DNA of 64,000 bases. Source: an uncultured euryarchaeote (lineage in GTDB: Archaea > Thermoplasmatota > Poseidoniia > Poseidoniales > Poseidoniaceae). The DNA lies in assembly GCA_963981035.1 (NCBI GenBank), contig CAXCCF010000002.1, positions 15,578 through 79,577 of the forward strand, in the 5' to 3' direction. Of the stretch, positions 1 to 8,765 are shown in pieces. The translations under genes and the position numbers were made by a program. Positions within the stretch are counted from its first letter, which is position 1; each line of letters starts with the position of its first letter. Under the pieces are notes generated by a model that searched no databases, was not told the DNA's origin, and saw only the letters and a list, made by a program, of their open reading frames with translations.

Positions 1-734
1 AGAATTGTGAACAGGTTCAAGATGCTTATTCGTTTAGATGTACTCCACAAGTTCATGGTGCTGTACTACAACGATTTTTGCAATTGCAAGAAACATTAGA
101 TGTGGAACTGAATAGTGCTACTGATAACCCATTGGTGTTTCCAGACCCTGCAAACCCTGGTCCTCACGAAGTTATTTCTCAAGGAAATTTCCACGGAGAG
201 ATATTGGCATTAACAGCAGATTCAATGTCACACGCGTTATTTGAATTAGCATCTATTAGTGAAAGACGAATTGACCAGATACTAGATCCTGCTAGAAGCA
301 ACTTGCCTGCATTTTTAGCTCAAAACTCCGGACTTGAATCCGGATTAATGATCGTTCAATATGTCGCAGGTGCTTCTTTGGCCGAGTTACATGGTCATGC
401 AATGCCGCGCTCAGCGTTCTCTACAACCACTTCTGCGGGCCAAGAAGATCATGTTAGTATGGGTGCTACTGCTTGCTGGAATCTATTGATGGCAACTGAA
501 CGATTATCAGAGGTCTTAGCCTGTGAATTATTTGTTGCATGTGAAGCACTAGAGTTTGAAGAGATACAACCCGCTGAGCATGTCCGGTCATTAAAACAAA
601 GAGTCAGAGCAATTTCACCACCACTTAGTGGAGATAGAAGTACTAGTAAAGAATTGAAAACTATTGCTTCTCAGTTATGGCGAGGTGGTTGGTTAGCAAG
701 AATTGAAGCTGAATGTGGTAGGTTGCCGAGATAA
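1..734 (+). CDS. hutH: Histidine ammonia-lyase, C-terminal portion (5' end lies outside the window)
   Basis: The frame is open from nt 3. The translation carries aromatic-amino-acid-lyase motifs (QDAYSFRCTPQVHGA, SATDNPLVF, QGNFHGE, MIVQYVAGASLAELH). Confidence 0.85.
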   Translation, partial: NCEQVQDAYSFRCTPQVHGAVLQRFLQLQETLDVELNSATDNPLVFPDPANPGPHEVISQGNFHGEILALTADSMSHALFELASISERRIDQILDPARSNLPAFLAQNSGLESGLMIVQYVAGASLAELHGHAMPRSAFSTTTSAGQEDHVSMGATACWNLLMATERLSEVLACELFVACEALEFEEIQPAEHVRSLKQRVRAISPPLSGDRSTSKELKTIASQLWRGGWLARIEAECGRLPR

Positions 735-1637
735 TTACAACTCTAATATCCACTTTTCAATTTCATTTAATCCCGTTAATTGTCTAATTCTAAATCGAGC
801 AGTTGCTAATTCACTAGCAGAAATATTGTCCGAATACCTGTCAAGGTAATTTTCTAATTCAACAGCCCTACGAACTTTTTCTTCAACCGAAGCATATAGT
901 TCATATGAACTCTTATCATCCAACATTGAGAGTGCTGGTTCTACCTCTGAAACATCCAAACCCATTCTTCTCCATTGCAAGATTCTCCTAGTTAGAATCG
1001 ATTTACTAAAACCATTGAATGGCAATCGAGTCAACATTACCAATTTCGGGGTCCCATCATCTCTAGTATCAAGTTCTATTTCTTCCCCAGGAACTTCTTG
1101 AAAGTTATGTATTTTTACTTCTTGCGAAAGATCTTCCTCAACATCATTGTCCTCTTGGTTTACCTTGATATTTTCATCCCTTGGCGCAAAAATTTCCAAA
1201 TTTGGGGCCTCTCTCCTAAGCCTAGCTAGCCAAACCGAGTCAAAAACCAAACAATTTATCGGGAAAATGACTTTCCACTGTGTTTGGTATACTTCATCTC
1301 TAATTTGGCGGATAAATGCCAATACTGATTCATGGCCATGTAAGGAGACTAACCACTCTAGTCCTTCAACGACAATTAGCCCCTGATTATGTTGCAATTT
1401 GGAAACTATCAAGTGTGCGATTTTTTCAAGACTTGGTTCTAATGCGCCTGCAGTAACTCGTTCAGACAGCCAATAAGCCTCAATTTTGGTGACGTCGAAG
1501 TATTCTAACAACCTCTTATGTGGTTGTCTGCTGAAGAGTAGAATGCTTTGTTGAGCAACTTCTATTTGTGAATCAATCCACGAATACAAGTCCGAATTAT
1601 CGCTCAATTCGGCAGAAAATATTCTTCCTTGCTCCAT
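735..1637 (-). CDS. Hypothetical protein, possibly DUF835-like
   Basis: A 300-aa ORF with an ATG at 1637. The central region (LIVVEGLEWLVSLHG) resembles archaeal DUF835 proteins; this is a weak memory-based call. Confidence 0.4.
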   Translation of the reverse strand: MEQGRIFSAELSDNSDLYSWIDSQIEVAQQSILLFSRQPHKRLLEYFDVTKIEAYWLSERVTAGALEPSLEKIAHLIVSKLQHNQGLIVVEGLEWLVSLHGHESVLAFIRQIRDEVYQTQWKVIFPINCLVFDSVWLARLRREAPNLEIFAPRDENIKVNQEDNDVEEDLSQEVKIHNFQEVPGEEIELDTRDDGTPKLVMLTRLPFNGFSKSILTRRILQWRRMGLDVSEVEPALSMLDDKSSYELYASVEEKVRRAVELENYLDRYSDNISASELATARFRIRQLTGLNEIEKWILEL

Positions 1638-1780
1638 TGCCTAGACTCCCTCTTATGCAACTATGAAAGAACTGCTCTATTTACTATGTGCCACTATAAA
1701 CTCCATCAAGCATTATATCTATTGTTTGTTTGGCACATATAGGTGTGCCTGTGTCTGAAACTGATAATGAGGAAACAACG

Positions 1781-3484
1781 ATGGCTGAATGTGGTAGTTG
1801 CCGCGCAGTAATTCCAAGCGATTCTACTGAATGCCCTGAATGTAATATCAAATTTTCCGGTATGTCAGAAGACGAACTTGGTGAGTGTGGAGCATGTGGA
1901 TTTTTGGTCCCTCTTGAATCAACCAGTTGCAGTAACTGTGGTGTAATTTTTGTAGCAGATGATGTGATGGATGTTTTGAGAAAATGGCTTTCAAGCACTG
2001 GATTAACCATTCAATCACTGTTTGAAAAATTCGATACAAATGGAGACGGAATGATAGACTCTGAAGAACTTAAACAGGGCCTTCTAAATTTGAATTTAGC
2101 AGATTTACCTCCATCTCAAGTTCAACGGTTGGTTGAACAAATTGATGCTGATGGTAATGGTGAAATAGACTTAGCAGAGTTAGAGAAATCTGTTACTGGA
2201 TCCGATTATGTTGCACCAGAAAATGAGGCTGAAGCTTCTTCCGACGAGGATACAGAAGAAGAGGATGATTCAGTAGATGAAGAATCCGAAGAGGAAGAGG
2301 AAGAATCTGATGATGAAGAGTCAGAAGAGGAAGAGTCTGAAGAGGAGGAATCTGATGATGAATCCGAAGAAACCAGTGATGAGGAGCCTATCGAAATCCT
2401 TCCTGATGATATCATTAAGAAGATGATTGATGTAATGGACAGAGATGGTTCAAACCCTGCTACTATTTTCCATGCATTAGATGAAGATGGAGATAAATTC
2501 ATCTCTACTGAAGAGTTATCAAATACGATTAGTGATGTTCTTGAAGATGAAGACATCGCTGAATCAAGTATTGCTGATTTTGTTGCAACCTTGGATGTTG
2601 ATTCTGATGGTAATATTGACATCATAGAATTCGTATCAGCGCTTGAGGAAGAAATTGGAAACAATCCTGAAGAATACGATGATGATGATGACGATGACGA
2701 GGAATATGATGATGGCACAGATCCTAAAGAGTTCCCATCACCAATGCAATCTGCAATGATGTCAAAGAAATGGAATGATGTCTGGTGGCCACTAATACAT
2801 GCAACATTCTTCCTATTCATCTTAGCATGGGTCGTTAACGGGTTTATTGGGCCTGTTGACGGGTCTGGAGGTCTAATTGAATTAGAGAGCAATTATGGAA
2901 TAGGCCTTGACGGTTATGATGAAGGAGAGATATATCCTTGTGATTCGGATGAACAATTAGGTGGCTGCGCTAATTCACTAACTCCATTCTCAGGTGAAAA
3001 TGGAGCATCATCCATGCCTAAGGGATTCTATACAGATGGAATTATCTTTATTCTTCTTGGTGCAATTGGAATGGGCGGTTCAATGTTTACCCACCTTGTC
3101 CTTGCAAAAGGCTGGAGAGCACGTGTCAAGGCAATGAAGGAAGTCGAATCCGACACCGAGGATGCTAAGGAATCTTCTGAAAGTGAAGAAGATGATGTTT
3201 CCGAAGATGAGGATGAGGAAGAATCAAACGAAGAAGAGGATGCCTCCGAAGATTCCGAAGAAGAATCAGAGGATGAAGAATCAGAGGAAGATGGATCAGA
3301 AGAGGATGACGATGAAGAAGATGATGATATTGACATTGGATCACATATTGGTCTAACTGTTGAAGAAGAAGATGTCTTTGGAGTAATCGTTGAATTTGAT
3401 GATGAAGATGGACTTGTAACAATCAAGGAAGATGGTACTGGAGATGAAATCACCGGATACCAAGATGAAATGTTCCTGGAGTAA
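1781..3484 (+). CDS. Acidic membrane protein with two N-terminal zinc ribbons, four canonical EF-hand Ca-binding loops, two TM helices and poly-Glu/Asp/Ser tracts
   Basis: Two CxxC-x11-CxxC ribbons (CGSCRAV...CPECN; CGACGFL...CSNCG). EF-hand loops: DTNGDGMIDSEE, DADGNGEIDLAE, DEDGDKFISTEE, DVDSDGNIDIIE. TM helices: WWPLIHATFFLFILAWVV and GIIFILLGAIGMGG. ATG at 1781 (1730 is TTG). Confidence 0.6.
   Translation: MAECGSCRAVIPSDSTECPECNIKFSGMSEDELGECGACGFLVPLESTSCSNCGVIFVADDVMDVLRKWLSSTGLTIQSLFEKFDTNGDGMIDSEELKQGLLNLNLADLPPSQVQRLVEQIDADGNGEIDLAELEKSVTGSDYVAPENEAEASSDEDTEEEDDSVDEESEEEEEESDDEESEEEESEEEESDDESEETSDEEPIEILPDDIIKKMIDVMDRDGSNPATIFHALDEDGDKFISTEELSNTISDVLEDEDIAESSIADFVATLDVDSDGNIDIIEFVSALEEEIGNNPEEYDDDDDDDEEYDDGTDPKEFPSPMQSAMMSKKWNDVWWPLIHATFFLFILAWVVNGFIGPVDGSGGLIELESNYGIGLDGYDEGEIYPCDSDEQLGGCANSLTPFSGENGASSMPKGFYTDGIIFILLGAIGMGGSMFTHLVLAKGWRARVKAMKEVESDTEDAKESSESEEDDVSEDEDEEESNEEEDASEDSEEESEDEESEEDGSEEDDDEEDDDIDIGSHIGLTVEEEDVFGVIVEFDDEDGLVTIKEDGTGDEITGYQDEMFLE
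2221..2400 (+). repeat. GAA/GAG/GAT-rich coding low-complexity tract (poly-Glu/Asp/Ser); a second tract lies at about 3170-3340
   Basis: Seen directly; encodes EESEEEEEESDDEESEEEESEEEESDDE within the EF-hand protein. Confidence 0.8.
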
Positions 3485-3488
3485 ATAC

Positions 3489-3866
3489 ATGTCCACTGAC
3501 CCCTTGAATGCATTACGCGGGATGACTTTTTGCCCAGTATGTGGGTGCATTGAGAAAGCAGGTAGTGTTAGATGTGCAGAGTGTGGCACATTCCATTCAG
3601 TAGCTCATTTAGAGGAAAGAGAGGCACCACCGCCATCGATGGAAAAACCATCCCCTATCGTTGACCCAACATCATATTCACTAGCACCAGATGTAGACCA
3701 GATACCAATAGAATCATTCGAAGAATCGGATTCTGTCGTAAAGTGGGAAGGCGGTTCTGCTGATTTTACGATGGATGAGGAGGAGGAAAAGCCGATGAGT
3801 AGAGTATCTGCTGAGGATTTGGTATTACCTGATCCAGAAGAATTAACAAGAAATCATAAATCTTGA
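3489..3866 (+). CDS. Zinc-ribbon protein with acidic/Pro-rich tail
   Basis: CPVCGCIEKAGSVRCAECG is a CxxC-x10-CxxC ribbon of the same type as in the upstream gene. ATG at 3489 lies just after the upstream stop. Confidence 0.5.
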   Translation: MSTDPLNALRGMTFCPVCGCIEKAGSVRCAECGTFHSVAHLEEREAPPPSMEKPSPIVDPTSYSLAPDVDQIPIESFEESDSVVKWEGGSADFTMDEEEEKPMSRVSAEDLVLPDPEELTRNHKS

Positions 3867-3958
3867 TTTTACAATAGTTGTATTTTAGATGATAATTAGT
3901 ATTAATTCCATTTTAATTGAAATAAAGAAGAAATCATAATTATTGCTTGATAAAATAT

Positions 3959-4034
3959 TGGTGGGCTCGGAGAGAATTGAACTCTCGATCTTCGCCATGT
4001 CAAGGCGACGTCATAACCCCTAGACCACGAGCCC
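3959..4034 (-). tRNA. tRNA-Val (anticodon GAC) with genomically encoded CCA
   Basis: The minus strand reads GGGCTCG TG GTCTAGGGGTTATGAC G TCGCC TTGACAT GGCGA AGATC GAGAG TTCAATT CTCTC CGAGCCC A CCA. It folds as a cloverleaf with a 7-bp acceptor stem, a TTCAATT T-loop and the anticodon loop TTGACAT. Confidence 0.85.
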
Positions 4035-4528
4035 TAGGTAAAGTGAGCCACATAGGCTCTGTATTAAACGGATTCGGTTTGATAATTTCGAATCAACTAA
4101 CGATCTTAGAAATTTTTCCCGTACAGCCAGATTGTGAACAGTGTCCACCCATTCTAGTACGTCCATTGGTCATTTTGAATAATTGACCATCTTTAATCGG
4201 TCCATATGTTTTGCACTTCAGACAAAATCCTTCCACAACTGCCATCTCAATCAATATGTTCCAATCACATCCTTGACTTGAACCCTACTATTGTCAAGAG
4301 AGTTTCAGAAATTTTGTTTTTGCAAAATTATTGGCCCTTAGAGGGTAGGCTCGGAGGGTGTTTTTTACAATTGTTTGAAATTTTTAGCTCCCTTTAGCAT
4401 CATAAACGTGACACTGCTCTCCATTATTCAATGATATTTGACAAAAAAGATTAAGCTATTCAATGTCAATGTCGTATAACTTACCTTATACGACAATACA
4501 TCACACATAATTTGAGCCAAAATGATGT

Positions 4529-4864
4529 TCAGCCAAGATTTAGTTGTAAATCATCAGTTTCGACAGTGAAAACTCCTACCAAAGGTGGCCCGAGTAAACA
4601 AGATTCTAATCCTCCATCTCTGGAATCTAAGGTTTCAACTATTTGATTGGAAATGTCGATCCAATCTTGACGAGAAGCAAATACACTTTGAACCAGTAAG
4701 AGAGAATCTCCATTGCTTGACTTAGCATGCCAAGCCGCGAGACATCCAGACTTTTGACGCTTGAACTCTTGACGTGCATTTAGCATTCTCAATAATCTTG
4801 CATCTCTGCCTTGAGCTGGTGAACATACAACAGTTTCAATTATTGCTTCAACCATGATTCCCAC
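4529..4864 (-). CDS. Small hypothetical alpha/beta protein (PII/CutA-like fold possible)
   Basis: 111-aa ORF with no confident motif. Confidence 0.35.
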   Translation of the reverse strand: MGIMVEAIIETVVCSPAQGRDARLLRMLNARQEFKRQKSGCLAAWHAKSSNGDSLLLVQSVFASRQDWIDISNQIVETLDSRDGGLESCLLGPPLVGVFTVETDDLQLNLG

Positions 4865-4934
4865 CTTATTGTTTTTTAATATTAATCTATATTATTTGCT
4901 TTTCAAATAGTAAGTAATTAGAAATCATAATCAT

Positions 4935-6215
4935 TCAATGAAAGATTAATTCTCCCTCAAGCATTGTTGCGTGGAATGGGGAATCTCCAGGTTGTTGGCA
5001 CCAAGCCTGCCACCATGGCCCATCGATAATATTCAAATTGGCAACTGCTCCTTCCTCTATAATTCCATGCGGGGCTCCGGATGGATGTGGAGTTGTTTGA
5101 GCAGGGTTACGTGAACATGCAACTAACGCGGCTAAGGGTGATACTGCGCAGCGCTGTACTAGGATTGATGCGATGAATGGTAGACTTAATGTGCGGCAAT
5201 TTGGATTGAAATCTGTTGCTACTGACCAGGTGAATCCCTGTTCTGTAATATTGTTGAAATCAGGCCATTGCTCTCCCATTGCATACGGTGTTCCGGGCAA
5301 AAAACCACAATTTACGCCAGCATCTTGCATACGCATTCTAGCATCGCTAGAAGTATAGTGGGCGTGGTCGGCGGTGGTGACTTTCAAATCTGCAGCTAAT
5401 TCTCCACCTCCACCATCAGTAAATTCATCGATGTGGATTCGGAGGTCTAAACCTCCCTGTTTAGACTGCTTTAGAATATCCTCGCTCTCCTCAACTGTGA
5501 ACCATCCGGGTTCACAAAACACATCTGCTGAACGCGCTATTCCTTGGTCGATTACCGAGGGGAGTTGATCGCTCAAGATTTCTTCAACATAATTTTGACG
5601 AGTATTTCCTTTCGGAGTAGCGTGTGCCCCGAGCCAAGTTTGGTCAATGCTCGGCAGATGGTCCATTTTTGAAAGATCTTGTCCTGCCAATAATAATTTT
5701 AATTCAGCCTCTGTTGATAAGCCATAGCCACTTTTTATTTCCAAGTGGGTTGAGCCATTTCTAAAGGCTCCTCGAAGCCTCTTGTATCCCAACTCCACCA
5801 ATTCGCTTTGTGATGAATTTCTTGTAGCATCAACTGTGGAAACAATACCGCCGCCCATTGAAGCGATATCTGAATATGAATGGCCCTGCTGTCGCCATGA
5901 AACTTCACGAGAACGGTCGCCCGCCCAAAGCAAATGAGTATGAGCATCTACTAAACCAGGAATTATTGCCTTGCCTTGTAACGAATATATTTTATTCTCC
6001 TGAAGAGATGATTTCGATTGATGGATATTTTCTCTACCAAATTCTTCTTCTAACACTTTAGAGTCATCAATTCGTGTTATTATTCCATTTTCCACAACAA
6101 TTCCATTACCTGCAGGACTAGTTAGAGCATCAATATCTGATATCCCTCTACCTTTCAAAGAACCCTTTCCAGAGAGATGCGCCATCGGTCCAAGGTCCAA
6201 CAATATGGTTCGCAT
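4935..6215 (-). CDS. hutI: Imidazolonepropionase
   Basis: Amidohydrolase motifs match HutI (AIIPGLVDAHTHLLWAGDRS, SYSDIASMGGGIVSTVDATR). HutH is also present in the window. Confidence 0.85.
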   Translation of the reverse strand: MRTILLDLGPMAHLSGKGSLKGRGISDIDALTSPAGNGIVVENGIITRIDDSKVLEEEFGRENIHQSKSSLQENKIYSLQGKAIIPGLVDAHTHLLWAGDRSREVSWRQQGHSYSDIASMGGGIVSTVDATRNSSQSELVELGYKRLRGAFRNGSTHLEIKSGYGLSTEAELKLLLAGQDLSKMDHLPSIDQTWLGAHATPKGNTRQNYVEEILSDQLPSVIDQGIARSADVFCEPGWFTVEESEDILKQSKQGGLDLRIHIDEFTDGGGGELAADLKVTTADHAHYTSSDARMRMQDAGVNCGFLPGTPYAMGEQWPDFNNITEQGFTWSVATDFNPNCRTLSLPFIASILVQRCAVSPLAALVACSRNPAQTTPHPSGAPHGIIEEGAVANLNIIDGPWWQAWCQQPGDSPFHATMLEGELIFH

Positions 6216-6273
6216 TGGTGGGGCTTATGCGTGAGGGTTGAAGAACCATAGCCATGAGGAGTGTCTGAGCGAG

Positions 6274-7284
6274 ATGGACAAATGGACCCTCGGAATTGAA
6301 TCTACGGCACATACTTTGTCATTTGGATTAGTTGATTCTAGTGGTAAACCCTTTCCTTCGTGTTCCGACACTGTTAGTCCTGATGAAGGTGGAATCCATC
6401 CGCGCCAGGCTGCTGACCATCACAAAGAAGTGGCTCCTCAACTGCTTGAAAAAATACTGATTCAAAATGATATTTCAATGACTGATATTGGAGCAGTATC
6501 TTATTCACAGGGTCCTGGATTGGGTCCTTGTTTGAGAGTTGGTGCAGCTATTGCAAGGGGAATCTCTAGTAAACTTGAGGTCCCGTTAATTGGAGTTAAC
6601 CACTGTGTAGCACATATCGAAATTGGCAGAGACCAATGTGGATGTGATGACCCAGTCTTATTGTATGTATCAGGAGGAAATACACAAGTCATAGCAAGGT
6701 TGGAGGGAAGATATCGCGTTTTGGGGGAAACACTCGATATTGGTATAGGCAATATGTTGGATAAATTTGCCAGAACACAAGGAATACCATTCCCTGGTGG
6801 CCCAGTAATAGAGAAACTTGCAGCAAAATGGCTTGAGAGTAATCCACATCCATCAATGGAAGGATTAGAATTACCCTATGCGGTTAGAGGTATGGATTTA
6901 GCATTCTCGGGAGTAATGACTGCTGCACAGAGACTACTAGAATCTGGAAAACCTCTTGAAGCAGTTTGTTGGTCATTGCAAGAGCATGTTTTTGCTGCTT
7001 GTGTAGAAGTAGCAGAAAGAGCAATGGCTCATACGGGTAAAACTGAACTATTACTTGGAGGCGGTGTCGCCTGCAATACAAGATTACGTACTATGTGTGA
7101 TATGATGGCCGAGGAACGAGAATCCACTTCCTTTGCACCACCGAGAATGTATTGCATTGATAACGGAACAATGATCGCAAAACTAGGATTTTTAGAACTC
7201 AAGAATGGAAGATTAACCGACTATTCGCAAAGTGCAATTGACCAATATTTACGCACTGACCAAACGCCAATAACTTGGGCGTGA
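6274..7284 (+). CDS. kae1: tRNA N6-adenosine threonylcarbamoyltransferase Kae1/TsaD
   Basis: LGIESTAHTLSFGLV, LIGVNHCVAHIEIGR and YVSGGNTQV are ASKHA-fold Kae1 motifs. Start taken at MDKWTLGIE. Confidence 0.85.
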   Translation: MDKWTLGIESTAHTLSFGLVDSSGKPFPSCSDTVSPDEGGIHPRQAADHHKEVAPQLLEKILIQNDISMTDIGAVSYSQGPGLGPCLRVGAAIARGISSKLEVPLIGVNHCVAHIEIGRDQCGCDDPVLLYVSGGNTQVIARLEGRYRVLGETLDIGIGNMLDKFARTQGIPFPGGPVIEKLAAKWLESNPHPSMEGLELPYAVRGMDLAFSGVMTAAQRLLESGKPLEAVCWSLQEHVFAACVEVAERAMAHTGKTELLLGGGVACNTRLRTMCDMMAEERESTSFAPPRMYCIDNGTMIAKLGFLELKNGRLTDYSQSAIDQYLRTDQTPITWA

Positions 7285-7333
7285 AACATATACTGAACGC
7301 TAACCGTTTTATGGGGTCGGCTACGCCACATGT

Positions 7334-8197
7334 TTGGGGGAGACGACCATCGAGCGCAAAAAGAAGAGAGGTGAGCCTTTTAATCCATTTGCCAGTGATG
7401 CTAATTCGCAGAGAAATCAGCGTCATAATAAACGCGCTCAAAGTTCTCCTCAAAGGACTCCAAGACCAACTAATCAACCAGTGAAAAATAATACTTTGAC
7501 AGATTTAGACAAAAAGCGAAAAGAAGCGCTTGAAAGAATGTCGGAATCCGAACCTAATGCTGCAGGACAAGGTGTTGCTAAACCAACAACTACTGGTATT
7601 TCTAAGCAGAATCAAAAACAGCAGACAACTGAAAAAACATCCTCACGTGCCGACCGCTTGGCAGAACTACGGAAGAAATCTGCTGCATCAAAATTGAATG
7701 CAGAACAACAAAAAGTTGGTGCTGTTGTTGAAGAAATCGCACCAGTGGTTGAGGTTGTTCAAGAAGTAAAATTGGTTGAAGCAAAGGCAGAAATTGAATC
7801 CTTTTCAGCAGTTGCAAAAGCCAGTGTAAAACCTGCAGTTTCACAATTAAATGTATTCAAAGTGGTTGAAGAAACTCAAATCAAGGCCACTAATGATCGC
7901 CGTAAAAAACGCCGACCTCATGCGAAAAAAGGTGGCGGAAGGCAAAAACAAGAGAAGCGACTCAACAGGCAAAAATATTTGGAATACAAATATGCTGCAA
8001 GAGATATTCTTGACAACCCAACCGTTCCTGAAGAGCACCGTTCAAATATTCTAGGCCAAGTGTGGGCCAAAGGTGAAAGAATGTCAGTGGATGAATCGTA
8101 TGAATTTATTGATACGAAAATTCTAGAAAATATCCTAACCGAAGAAATCGGTGACAAATTGAAGAGTTTAGTTAGGAAATATACAACCAGAAGGTGA
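7334..8197 (+). CDS. Lys/Arg/Gln-rich basic protein with a small conserved C-terminal domain; likely nucleic-acid binding
   Basis: Long open frame. The N-terminal ~200 aa are basic and low-complexity; the C-terminal ~80 aa look globular. The start is uncertain (TTG at 7334; the first in-frame ATG is about 7538). Confidence 0.4.
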   Translation: MGETTIERKKKRGEPFNPFASDANSQRNQRHNKRAQSSPQRTPRPTNQPVKNNTLTDLDKKRKEALERMSESEPNAAGQGVAKPTTTGISKQNQKQQTTEKTSSRADRLAELRKKSAASKLNAEQQKVGAVVEEIAPVVEVVQEVKLVEAKAEIESFSAVAKASVKPAVSQLNVFKVVEETQIKATNDRRKKRRPHAKKGGGRQKQEKRLNRQKYLEYKYAARDILDNPTVPEEHRSNILGQVWAKGERMSVDESYEFIDTKILENILTEEIGDKLKSLVRKYTTRR

Positions 8198-8201
8198 AAA
8201 T

Positions 8202-8705
8202 ATGAGTGAATTAACAGTAGGAAAAGATATAGTTGCAAGCGTACATTATACAGGTACAATGCCAGAAAGTGGAGAAGTATTCGATAGCAGTGAAGGAAAA
8301 GACCCGCTAACATTTCTTGTTGGACATGGTCAGATGATTCCTGGCTTCGAAGAAGAGATTCAAGGTGCTAAAATTGGTGAAAAGAGAACGTTTACTCTAA
8401 CCCCAGACAAGGCATACGGTGCAAGAGAAGATGCTGCTATGATGAAAATTCCTCGCAGTGAATTTGCTTCGTTAGAAGAAGAAGCAAAATTGGAAATTGG
8501 AATGACTTTAGTTGCACAGATGCAACATGGTCCAGCACCATTTTCCATTGTTGAATTAACAGATGATGAAGTGACTGCTGATTTCAATCACAAGTTAGCT
8601 GGCGAGTCATTGACATTTGCAGTAGAAATTATTGAACTGCGCAGTGCTGATGCAGAAGAACTCTCTCATGGACACGTTCACGGCCCTAATGGCCATCATC
8701 ATTGA
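8202..8705 (+). CDS. slyD: FKBP-type peptidyl-prolyl cis-trans isomerase, SlyD-like with His-rich tail
   Basis: VHYTGTMPESGEVFDSS, FLVGHGQMIPGFEE and the C-terminal HGHVHGPNGHHH. Confidence 0.85.
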   Translation: MSELTVGKDIVASVHYTGTMPESGEVFDSSEGKDPLTFLVGHGQMIPGFEEEIQGAKIGEKRTFTLTPDKAYGAREDAAMMKIPRSEFASLEEEAKLEIGMTLVAQMQHGPAPFSIVELTDDEVTADFNHKLAGESLTFAVEIIELRSADAEELSHGHVHGPNGHHH

Positions 8706-8765
8706 ATAATTATTTCTGCTCCCGAATTGGGGAGTGTTGAAGAATCGCCTACACTTGGGCACTGT

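Noticed and set aside
2221-3340. GA-rich short tandem repeats as a possible CRISPR array or satellite
   Set aside because: They are irregular codon-level repeats within an open reading frame that encode poly-Glu/Asp/Ser. There are no spacer/repeat periodicity and no cas genes.
2206-3513. Ser-rich minus-strand ORFs (2206-2892, 3028-3513, 3165-3422) inside the EF-hand gene
   Set aside because: They are antisense readings of the GAA/GAT-rich acidic coding repeats (TTC/ATC give Ser/Ile/Phe-rich frames) and have no independent signal.
4320-4360. Possible second tRNA or tRNA fragment (GGGTAGGCTCGGAGGGTG)
   Set aside because: A cloverleaf cannot be folded, and there is no T-loop or anticodon arm.
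3947-4397. Plus-strand ORFs 3947-4186 and 4206-4397
   Set aside because: The first overlaps tRNA-Val on the opposite strand and the second lies in AT-rich intergenic DNA. They are short and have no motifs.
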